DNA from: Octopus sinensis
Taxonomy: Eukaryota
DNA length: 64,000 nucleotides
Direction of reading: 5' to 3'
Assembly: GCF_006345805.1 (NCBI RefSeq)
Contig: NC_043002.1
Location: 110,112,001 to 110,176,000 of the forward strand
The translations under genes were made by a program, and so were the position numbers. Below the pieces are notes generated by a model. That model saw nothing but the letters and a program-made list of their open reading frames with translations, did not search any database and had not been told where the DNA came from. Within the stretch, counting starts at the first letter, position 1. Every line of letters begins with the position of its first letter. Below are positions 38,601-49,624 of this stretch, piece by piece.

Positions 38601-39451
38601 TTTGCTGTTAACCACTGTAAAAATTTTCTGGATAACACACATAAAAACACACACACAAAACATTGAAAGACTCCGGAGAAACATAAAAGAATCAATCCTA
38701 AGGCCAGGAATTCAATCAAAATATCTGCAACAATATCTTGCAAGATATTTATTTATAATTTCTCCATCTTGGGCAAGTGTCTTCTGCTATAGCCCCGGGC
38801 CGACCAATGCCTTGTGAGTGGATTTGGTAGACGGAAACTGAAAGAAGCCTGTCGTATATATGTATATATATATAAATGTGTGTGTATATGTTTATGTGTC
38901 TGTGTTTGTCCCCCTAGCATTGCTTGACAACCGATGCTGGTGTGTTTACGTCCCCGCCACTTAGCGGTTCAGCAAGCGAGACCGATAGAATAAGTACTGG
39001 GCCTACAAAGAATAGGTCCCGGGGTCGATTTGCTCGACTAAAGACGGTGCTCCAGCATGGCCGCAGTCAAATGACTGAAACAAGTAAAAGAGTTAAAAGA
39101 GAGTTATGAAGAAAGTCTGTCGCACAAGTTCTTCATAGAGGTAGCCAAGTTATACCCTGCTCTCTCGGGTCATCACCATCAAACAGTTACCAACGAAGAC
39201 TGAGCGGAAGAAGAAAGTTTGTAAGGTGTTTTTAATGTTTTTTGCTCTTTCACCTTTACTTTTATTTCTACCTCCCAAAAGAAAACTCTATGGGGTTTCT
39301 CAGAGTATGCCACCCTATTCTTTTTTTTTTTTTAGGAAAAAAAAGTGGCTTGTGGTAGGTTTGAAGATCAGATACGTTGATACTTTAAAAAATCTGTGGA
39401 AAAAAATTATTTCATACTGAGGTACAATGGGTCCTTTATGAAGTATTTACT
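35694..39451 (+). mobile_element. Merlin (IS1595/ISXO2-like) DNA transposon relic with TIRs and nested insertions
   Basis: GVEVEFYE..RKYVEG..WLFGGIK (~36390-36495); IKPGSIVCSDTW..VNH..HTQNIE..YLARYLF (38510-38760); ~100-bp imperfect TIRs ggtaagtatttcataaaggaccc / gggtcctttatgaagtatttac. Confidence 0.85.
38766..39104 (+). mobile_element. SINE family B (5'-truncated) nested in Merlin
   Basis: Identity to family B; splits the Merlin transposase C-terminus. Confidence 0.88.
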
Positions 39452-39499
39452 GATATATATGTATACACACACACATATATATATATGACAGACACCTAC

Positions 39500-40230
39500 C
39501 TTGTTCATTTGAATCTAATAGAAACTTCTATTCCTATGAGAGCTGTACAAGCTGTGTACAGGGATGCTACCAGTAAAGTGAGGGTTGGCAAGTAAAGAAT
39601 TCAGGGTACAAGTAGGGGTTCACCAAGGATCGGTGCTCAACTCTCTCTCATTCATCACAGTCCTCCAGGCAATAACAAAGGAATTCAAGACAGGCTGTTC
39701 CTGGGAGCTCCGACCTTGCTCTTATAGCTGAACCACTACCAGAACTAAACAAGTTCTAGGTATGGAAACAAGGTCTAGAATTGAAGGGCCTTAGAGTTAA
39801 CCTGGTAAAATCTAAAGTCTTAGCAAGTAGGAAGGTAGACAAATGACAAATCCCTTCAGGTAAATGACTCTGCATGATCTGTAGAAAAGGTGTAGGTAGA
39901 AGCTCCATAAGATGCACCCAATGTAAGCTTTCAGCACATAAAAGGTGCAGCAATATCAGAGGAAGGTTAAAAGGGAAACTAGCTTTTGTATGTGTCAGAT
40001 GCACAAGTATAATGAACAGTGAAAATAGGCAGAAAATTGACTCCATCAAGTGCCAGTGGGGCACGCTAGAGGTAGTAGATAGCTTCCATTATCTAGGTGA
40101 CCAAATTAGTACTGGATGCAGATACTCCAATAGTATAAACTGTGAGAATAAGATTCGATTGGTCAAAGTTGAGAGAGCGCCTACCTCTGCTGGCAACAAA
40201 GGGCCAATCTCTCAGAAGGAAAGGCAAATT
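39500..40230 (+). mobile_element. RTE family 1 internal RT fragment, degraded
   Basis: Homologous to 50500-51230 (GRSSIRCTQCKL..HKRCS, LEVVDSFHYLGDQ). Confidence 0.85.
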
Positions 40231-40512
40231 GTTTGATGTTATAACAGACAAGCTAGATGAGAAGTATATTTTAAACGTAGGGAGGGGGAAAGAAAAAGGA
40301 AAGGAAGGACCTTAAACGTAACAGTTGGCGAGTGAAAGAGGTAAGTAAGGGGAGAGAAGAGGAACGCATTGTTAAATGACACTGTACAAGAGACGAATAG
40401 GAAGAGGAAGGATACTTCTCGTAAGGAGAGAAAGAAAGATAGGTGGCGGAATATGTGTAACAAACGTACACAAAATAAAATTTCTTATATATGTGTATAC
40501 AAAAGTGTATAT

Positions 40513-42416
40513 TAGCATAAATACCCATATATAAACACAGATATAAACATATGGAAATATGCACGTAAATACACATCTACACAAATATAAGTGTATACAT
40601 GCATACATATACATCCATGTATATGTATGCACAAGTATAAACATACACGCTTACTTACACATATACATACGAATACACATGCATGCCAACAATACAGACA
40701 ACCACATAAAAATATGTCTGGGTCCTCACGTATATATGCAAACAACTTTTTTTTTAAATTGCTGAGTGTATAATAATAAAATTCAGATAAAAGACATGCA
40801 AAATAGAACACCCTATATCGAATTATCTATAAATTAAACAATTATATGGGTTTATAAAATACAATAAAATGAAATAAAATAAAATAAAAATAGAATCTTA
40901 AACATGAAAATAATATATGCATATAACACTCGAAGGTATTTCTTAAGAAATATGTCGAAATATATACAATATCTTTGCGATGCGAAATAAATCTTGTATT
41001 ATAAGATACAAATCCGACAGTGTGATTAAAAACTAGTTCAAGAATCAAAAGATATATACGATCCATATGGTATATTGTTAGTCGACATTTTGAATTTTGT
41101 TGCGTGTCTACAGGAATTCAAGAGTTCGCGTCTTTGATTCAAAGAATAAAATATAAAATTTTTATAAAGACTAAAATAGAAAATTTTTCCAACAGGCATA
41201 AATCTCATTTGAAGGGTCTTTTATGCGCACCGTGTCTGTAAGGTGAAGCTCTATCTAAATTTCTCCATGTCACGTTGAAAGGTCGGGTTTCGTTTCCTTT
41301 TAATTCCCAGACATATTTTGCCAGTGTCCTATTTTCGGGGTATCGGAAGGAATTACTATGAGAATAAAATTGGGTTTTGAAAGAATTTTCAGAAGCCCCT
41401 GTATAAGTTCTATATTCGTGTGAGCCTTCTATCTGCACTTTGGCTCTATACACGATTCCTTTTTCAGGCATTTTCCTTCCAACGGACAGGCGGTCCTATC
41501 TTTGCAATTGCAATTTTTAAGAAAAGAATCGGCTCTATGATTATTCGCAATTATCTTATTGTTGTGTTGGTTAATAAAAGAGGCGAAGTTTTTGCAGCAA
41601 GAACAGCTGATCTTAAGCCTTCTTCTATTAAATATTCTATAAAATTTATGGTCAGGTTGAAAGTATCTAGAGACTAATTTTAAGAATTCCCTACCTATAT
41701 TTGTTTTTACGGCCATATTGAAAGCTGGGTTAAACCACTAAACCTTCCTAGTCCTAGTTCTACGTGTAGCATTACCGCTAGAATTAAATTGGTTATACTG
41801 GATCTTCTCAGAGAATCCACTATTCCTTAACGCGCTATTGTAATAAGATGTGGCATTTTAGAAAGCTGCCTCATCCGAAGAAACTGACGATATTCGTCTA
41901 CCTACATTACTAACTAAGTTCCTGAGAATAACTGGCGGATGACTGGATTCTTTGCTAATATAAGACAGTTTATCATTAGACTTACGGTAAGGTTTGAATT
42001 TATCCGACTGTAGATCCCTATTTACATCTAAAAAATCTACACTTTTCAGGTTAGTATCTATCGTAACACGTAAGCCTATCCTTTGGAAGAAAGCAATTAG
42101 ATCCTTCCTAAGCTTGTCTTATTCATGGCTGTTTAAATTATGGGTGACTATAAGGCCGTCATCCCTATATAATCTTGCGTCTATAAACGGGAATTCTAGC
42201 TTTAGATTGTGCAAAATATAAGCCCCTATGAGCACGCATAACTCAGTCCCGTCGTATGCCCCTATCGGTACATCGAAAAGAGAATCCTCACTCTTTTTGA
42301 CCCAGGTAGAATCCTTGTATATGTATGCATGTATACACTTATATTTGTGTGGATGTGTATTTACGTGCATATTTCCATATGTTTATATATGTGATCTTAT
42401 ATGTGTATTTATGCTA
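40513..42416 (-). mobile_element. Penelope-like element, 5'-truncated RT plus C-terminal GIY-YIG endonuclease
   Basis: FDVPIGAYDGTELC..LYRDDGL (RT), CNCKDRTACPLEGKC linker, IVYRAKV..YTGASENSFKT.FYSH..F (EN); 101-bp inverted copies at 40513-40613 and 42316-42416. Confidence 0.9.
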
Positions 42417-42614
42417 TTTTTTTCACTTCTCTCCAACACACAGTCTTTCTTCTCTCAGACCCTCAACCTCTATTATAAATACATACTCCCTCCCCCTCTC
42501 TCTCTCTCTCTCTTCTATCAGCCTCTCAATATACAGACACACTTTCTTTCTTTACTTTTTTACTATTCTCCATCACCCCATTAAATTAAAAAAGAGAGAA
42601 ATAAAATATCCATA

Positions 42615-44165
42615 AAAATGTCCAGAAACTGGTGGAGCATGGAATTAGCATTGTTTTTGACAGCCTGACACTGTGCAGAAGGAGATAACCCAAATAACAT
42701 AATCACAGCTGTGCTGAAGAGCAATGGTTACACAAGAACTTTAGCACAGATAGAATGAAAGAAGCAGGAGTTTCCATGCTCCTATGCTCTCAACCGATCC
42801 CACATCAGCACTCTTGATCCCATCCTTGATAATGAACACAGCAAAGATGATAAGGATGGAGGCACAGATGAAGACGAAAGATGTTACCCCCACTTAGTAG
42901 ACACTCAAGAAAACAAAGAAGATTCAAGCAAGAAACCTACCCAGAAAGTAAACCCAAATGCAAGTGCCCCTACCACCATCAAAGCGAAAAACCATGTAGG
43001 TGAAAGAGCCAAGAAAGAACAACTAAAAAGAGCAGAAACAAAAGATAAAACAGCCAAAGAAAGAAGCGAACCTAACTGCCCATATAACAAAAAAGGATTA
43101 AAAGAGACAGCACACACGAATATGCAAATTTTACTTGAAAGGTGTCTGCTGGCATGGAGAAGGGGTGCAAGCTGTCATTTTGCCCATCAAAGACCCCACC
43201 ACACAAACACGAAACAGGGTGGAAACCACCTGCCAAAAGGAAAGGACTACGCACCACCTGCCCCAAACGGAGGTATGCAGATGTAGTGCATGCTACAAAC
43301 CAGTCTTATCAACATGCTGAAAGGGCAGCTGTTGAACAACAATCTTTTTGTGCATGGCACAAAAGATTGTACAGTAGCTGACCTGGCTACTTCAAACTCA
43401 CAGATGGGACTATCCCCACTACACAAGACTACCACAGCAAATAGACCCAAGGCGGGCACCACTGGCAACAACACAGCCATCACATCGGTGCTCTTACTGA
43501 ACATCAGAGGACTGCTAACACTCAGTAACAGGACAAAAATCCCTTTCTTGAGAGACCTTGTTGCATACAATCAAGCCTTATGTATAGAAAGAAAGGAGTC
43601 ATGGAGGAGTTGCTATGTACATCCATGAGGACTTCACACCCCAGGTCCTTTTGCCACACTCAAATTCAGTATGTGACACACTAATTGTACATATAAGACT
43701 CGATGTAGTTATATGTGCTACATATCGCCCTCCAGATGCCCCAAGCCATGTAGGCAAGTTTGAAGACCTCCTTACAAAAATAGAAGGAATTCTAGTTACA
43801 TTAGAGCAACACATAAGTGTACTTCTTATGGGAGACATCAATCTGCCCGATGTCAGATGGCCTGAGGGCCTTTCTCTTCCAGGAATGGCACGATGTGAAC
43901 AAGGATAGGTGAAGTCCCTCCTGAACCTCATCAACACTTTGTACATGGAACAAATAGTACTCCAGCCAACCAGGGCATGTAACATACTGGATCTCTGCTT
44001 CCTAAATAATATGAATCTCATCCATAATGTGAAAGTGAACTGACGCTACTCTCGGATCACAACATGGTAGAGCTCACCATGTACAAATCAAAGGAAACCA
44101 TGGACATGCAGCCTACAAGTGACTCTCAAAATCTTTCCAGCTTGAAATTCCATAAAGCAAACTAG
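42615..44165 (+). mobile_element. CR1/L2-like LINE 5' relic (Cys/His ORF1-like region plus APE endonuclease)
   Basis: LLLNIRGL, ATYRPP, LMGDINLP, PTRACNILDLCF, LSDHNMV APE motifs. Confidence 0.8.
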
Positions 44166-44712
44166 AAACATAACTTAGCGGTTCGGCAAAAGAGACCAAT
44201 AGAATAAGCTTGCAAAGAGGGTCATTTTGTTTTGACTAAAGGCAGTGCTCCAGCATGACCACAGTCAATTGACTGAGACAAATAAAAGAATATATATATA
44301 TATAATACACACACACATATTTGTATTATGTATATCTATCAATCTATCTAACCATCTATCTACATACATACATTCATGCATGCATGCATACATACATACA
44401 TACATACATACATACATACATACATACATACATACATACATACACACACAGATAGATAATATGATGACTATGGATGACCGCTTTAAAACCTCCAGCTTCT
44501 ATACCCAGAATATAAAATTACATTTATGCCAATAATTATTGATGCTCTTGGTTTTATGAGTAAATGCCTAAGTGACAATCTGGATAAGCTGGGGTTTCCA
44601 GGAAAAGAAATCAACTAGCTAACCCTTGTAACCAGAACACTAAAAATATGCAAGACTTTTCTCAAGTTCAACATGTGAATTTCAAATAATTAAAAGTAGA
44701 AGAGAATATATA

Positions 44713-44942
44713 TTTCTTTACTACCCACAAGGGGCTAAACACAGAGGGGACAAACAAGGACAGACAAACGGATTAAGTCGATTACATCGATCCCAGTGCG
44801 TAACTGGTACTTAATTTATCGACCCCGAAAGGATGAAAGGCAAAGTCGACCTCGGCGGAATTTGAACTCAGAACGTAGCGACAGACGAAATACGGCTACG
44901 CATTTCGCCCGGCGTGCTAACGTTTCTGCCAGCTCACCGCCT
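44713..44942 (-). mobile_element. SINE family C
   Basis: Near-consensus copy. Confidence 0.9.
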
Positions 44943-45106
44943 TTCGTAGAAGAGAATATATGTGTGCATGCATGCGTGTGTGTGTGTGTGTGTGCATGTG
45001 CATACATGCATTCATAAGTGTGTGAGTGTGTCTATGTAGGTGTAGGGAGAGAGAAAAAATCATAGAAGCAAAAGAAAAATTAAAGTAATAAAACTGAACA
45101 ACTTAC

Positions 45107-45121
45107 GAATTGGCTGCTCCA
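45107..45121 (-). CDS. Gene 1 exon 3: 15-nt micro-exon (I)GAAN(S), phase 2-2
   Basis: tttcaagcttttcag TGGAGCAGCCAATTC gtaagt; encodes small residues typical of a signal-peptide c-region. Confidence 0.5.
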
Positions 45122-45457
45122 CTGAAAAGCTTGAAACACAAGGTAAGTACGAGGAAGACAAAATTGTACTGATACATTCTAATGAATAAGCTTTTACTTT
45201 AGTATAGTATTTTTTTTTGTCCAATTTGAATTATTCTACTTCCCAAATTTACGTCTGACCATAAATCTGTCTCTCTCGTTAATCATGCTATACTGTCTGG
45301 TTCCCTTTCTTTGCCTCTCCCCATTCCCCCTCTCTCTCTATTTATATCATATAAACGTATACATATGTTTCCTTTCCTATGTTACTACTTATCTGTAAAT
45401 AATGCAGATATTTCCTTAGGAAGTAAATACCTCTTGGATTGTTTTCCCTTTGAATAT

Positions 45458-45855
45458 AGGCGCAGGAGTGGCTGTGTGGTAAGTAGCTTGCTAACCAACC
45501 ACATGATTCCGGGTTCAGTCCCACTGCGTGGCATCTTGGGCAAGTGTCTTCTGCTATAGCCCCGTGCTGACCAATGCCTTGTGAGTGGATTTGGTAGATG
45601 GAAACTGAAAGAAGCCTGTCGTATATATGTGTATATATATATATGTGTGTATATGTGTTTGTGTGTCTGTGTTTGTCCCCCTAGCATTGCTTGACAACCG
45701 ATGCTGGTGTGTTTACGTCCCCCGTCACTTAGCGGTTCGGCAAAAGAGACCGATAGAATAAGTACTGGGCTTACAAATAATAAGTCCCGGGGTCGATTTG
45801 CTCGACTAAAGGCGGTGCTCCAGCATGGCCAGTAAAAGAGTAAAGAGTAAGAGAG
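45458..45855 (+). mobile_element. SINE family B
   Basis: Identity to family B. Confidence 0.9.
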
Positions 45856-46059
45856 AGAATCAATTTGTCGTCTTTTTAAATATTTTCATGCAGGTGAAGT
45901 GATTGTGAATTTTCTTGTTTTCCCTCAATTAAATCTTGGTTAATCCTCAGTGAAATATATAGATAAATATGCCTAATTGCAAATTCGAAGAACGCCGATT
46001 TCACCAGAACGTCTGCTACCATTTATTTATAGACATTGATATATTATTTCATTTCTTAC

Positions 46060-46145
46060 ATAACAACCATCAAGTATAACCAAAAACTTAATGTAAAACT
46101 AAAAATGTTTTTGAGTGCAACAATGCCTACCACTTGCAGAGTGCC
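46060..46145 (-). CDS. Gene 1 exon 2: hydrophobic signal peptide/anchor (86 nt, phase 0-2)
   Basis: ctcatttctctcag/GTAAGA; GTLQVVGIVALKNIFSFTLSFWLYLMVV(I); an alternative inner acceptor at 46098 keeps the same downstream frame. Confidence 0.5.
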
Positions 46146-46745
46146 CTGAGAGAAATGAGCATTCTCGGTGTAAGTATAAAATGATTGGATAATTTTCACT
46201 TATAAACAGCCCCATGCTGTTAATTACAAGAAAGTGAATAGCAAAATATATTTATGCTGACGGATATTTTTAAGAAAACTTTGCCAATCAACAGAGGACA
46301 TTAATCTATTTGGTTCATCTAATACAACTGTTTGTACCAATATATATTTCTGTGCAGGTGGCACGTAAAAAGCACCCACTACACTCGCGGAGTGGTTGAC
46401 GTTAGGAAGGGCATCCAGCTGTAGAAACACTGCCAGATCAGACTGGAGCCTAGTGCAGCCCTGGCTTCCCAGACCCTGGTCGAACCGTCCAACCCGTGCT
46501 AGCGTGGAAAACAGACGTTAAACGATGATGATGATGATGATGATGATTTTTGGATAAGTAATGACTTTTAGGCTGGTATCACCAGACTTAGAATTTTGTA
46601 GAAATCTGTCGCTCCTTGGACTTTCAGTATCTGAACTAAAATAAGCTTTTGATGTGGAATATATTCAAAGGAATATTTCAAAATCAATAAGTCAAGAAGT
46701 CAAAAAGATTTGTAGTAAAAGCAGAGACTGTAATGCCCTTATATA

Positions 46746-47718
46746 TCAGTTCATCCCAGAAGTTCTGTCTGATTTTACCTTTTTTAAAATTGAATGAAAT
46801 TTAATAGTATTTTAGAATGTCTAGTGCAATTAAAAAATTATTTTTATGCATTTGTGTACATTTAAACTAATTAAATATTTTTTTACAGAATAATAGAATT
46901 AAAATTTCTTTGATTAAAACCCTTTCTAGCATGGAAGTATCCAAAGAGCATTTAAGGCTTTATGAGTACAAAAAAAGGAAACTGCAGCTGAAGCTACTCG
47001 AAACATACACTCAGTTTATGGGAAACAATGCTTGAATGAAAGAACTTGCAGAAGATGGTTTGCAAAATTCAGAAGTGGAGATTTCAGCCTTGAAGATGAA
47101 GATCAAACAGGACGTCCAGTTGAGTTTGATGATAAGCTCCTTGAGGCATTACTTGAAGAAAATTCTGCATTATCAGTTGAAGAATTGGCAATAAAGCTTA
47201 GTTCAAACCATACAACTGTTCATTGTCATCTTCAACAACTTGGAAAGGTTCCTAAACTTGACAAATGGGTGCCTCATGAATTGTCTGAATTGATGGAGTG
47301 AAGAAAAAAAGACCCGCTTTACTGAATCGAAAAGGAGTGATATTTCATCAGGACAATGCACGACCCCACACTGCAAAGATCACATCACAGAAGATCGAAG
47401 AGCTTGGTTTGAAAAAATTCCTCATCCACCTTATTCTTCCGACCTTGCTCCTTCAAACTACCATTTGTTTCATAGTTTACAGAATCATTTGGGGGACATA
47501 ACTTTCGCAAGCCAGGAGGATATCGAAACTGACATTTCAGAGTTCTTTGCTTTGAAACCAAAAGATTTTTACATTGATGGGTTTAAAAAGCTTGTAAATA
47601 GATGGAAGGAAGTCATAGATAATCAGGGAAAGTACATTGATGATTAAATTTCAATTAAATATAACATTTGATCACTTGTTTTCTTTATTCAAAATTCGGA
47701 CAGAACTTATGGGATGAC

Positions 47719-47722
<4 letters not shown>
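46746..47722 (+). mobile_element. mariner transposon, internally deleted, TA TSD
   Basis: 27-bp TIRs tcag(t/g)tcatccca(g/t)aagttctgtc(t/c)ga; WFAKFRSG, WVPHEL, HQDNARPHT, YSSDLAPSNYHLF; WVPHEL is joined almost directly to the KRP..KGVIFHQD region. Confidence 0.93.
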
Positions 47723-47767
<45 letters not shown>

Positions 47768-49380
47768 GAGCAAAACGCCCCCTGTCCAATGGACGGTGCT
47801 AGGTTGTCAAACATTTAAACCAAATTTTCTCAAAACAACTTGTCTGACCGTCCCATAAGCCTCCCCTTTGAGAAACACTGATTTAACCTAAATTTGGGAC
47901 ACCAGCAAAAGAAATAAAGATAGACTTTTTTCGATTCCAAAGAAAAACGATTTTATTCACACAAATATGCAACCAAAGTGTTTAAAGTACCAGTAATGAT
48001 AAGGATGTTGACTGGGAGAACACAAACATGGTTTAAACAGTAAGCTTGGCAGGAAAGAAACGTGCCTTTAAGCTGTACAAAAACAACAAAAAATGGAAGG
48101 TACAGTTATGTAAAGGTTGATGGAAGAAAATCAGGACAAAAATGATGCCTTCAAATAGGTTAGCTGGAGGTAAATCTAGATAGAAAAGCATGATGAATTC
48201 ATGAGAACGTACCTGGGACAATAATAAGTTTATCCGATAAAACATGTAGGAAATCAACTTGGGTGAATTTTGATGAAAAGCAACAACCTAGGGAACAGCT
48301 TTATCGATTACATTCTCACCTGAAATCGATTTTTGTAATGTTTTCAAGACTTATACATGCCCTGATACCGTCAGTATCTACATATCAAATTTGAGTGCAA
48401 TCAGGTGGAGGATGCCCCGAGATCCTAGAAGACACACGCACAGACAGACAGAATGGATTTTATATAATAGATTCATGCCAGTGGAATGTTAAAAGCACCA
48501 TCCAACCATTGTTGCCAGGGCTGCTGACTAACCCCTGTACCGGTGGCACGTAAAAAGCACCATTCGAGCATGATTGTTGCCAGTGTCACCTTACTAGCAC
48601 ATGGAAAGCAACAGTCAAGCGTGTTCATTGTGAGTGCCACCAGACTGGCTCCTGTGCAGGTGGCACATAAAAAACACCTTTTAGCGTGGTCGTTGCCAGT
48701 ACTGATGGCTGCCGTGTACTGTCTTCTTTTAATAAAACTTTAGTCTTTGCTAGTCTTATGATGGTAGAAATAGGCAGGAGATCTCCATACAGCTGGTTCT
48801 TGGTGGAATGAGTTCTCCAAGATATGTTTAAGACTGCTCCTCTCATTTGGGTACAAGTTCTATCTGACTTGGATACAACCATATGACAGTCTACCTTAGT
48901 AACAAGTCCCTCTGTTGGATTTGCTTTGCGTAGTTCCTCTTTCTTCCATACATTTTCCACTTTCAATGATTTCTAAGTCTCTTTCTTCTCACCATCAATG
49001 AAGGTATGTGCACTGTTACCATTTTGATCTCACCTTTCCTCAACAAAATCTTGATTCACACCGAGGCTCTATTTTGTAATCCAGAACACCACACACTTCT
49101 GATCTTTCAATGAAGAACAATGACACATGTGCAAAATTACTTCTCTTCTAGCAGCATCATGTTGCTTTTTGCTGTTATCTTTCTTCCATTCCTTTGAGGT
49201 CAATCTTTTTGCTTTTATGGCTTTATCCACTGTTGTACTTCACTTCCATGTTACCTTTCCTCCAACTGGAACCTTACTCCAGCTACAGATCTGTCTGTGG
49301 CTTGCAGCGGGTTCTTTTGTGAAAACTCTCATTTGTCTATGTTACAGGTCTCTATCTCCTCTTCTTCATAATATAACATA

Positions 49381-49622
49381 CTAGCAGTATCGCCTGGTGT
49401 TGCTCGGGTTTGTAAGGGAAATAACTATATAAGTATTTTTAGAGAGTTATAGCCAAAAAATAGCAAAAAAATGCATTAAAAATGGAAAAAAAATGATGGT
49501 AAAATTTTTTTAAAAATCGTTGACTCATCGTAGACATTTTTAGTGAGTTACTTCCCTTATATAATAGCGAAAAAAATGCATTAAAAATGGGAAAAAATGA
49601 TGGTAAATTTCTTTTTAAATCG
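49381..49622 (-). mobile_element. 3' part of the same Helitron-type element
   Basis: Reverse complement of 63690-63931 including the CTAG|T end. Confidence 0.8.
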
Positions 49623-49624
49623 AC

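Noticed and set aside
46131-46145. Apparent 15-nt micro-exon GGCACTCTGCAAGTG with GTAGGC donor
   Set aside because: It would leave a 32-nt intron to 46098, too short; treated as the start of an 86-nt exon
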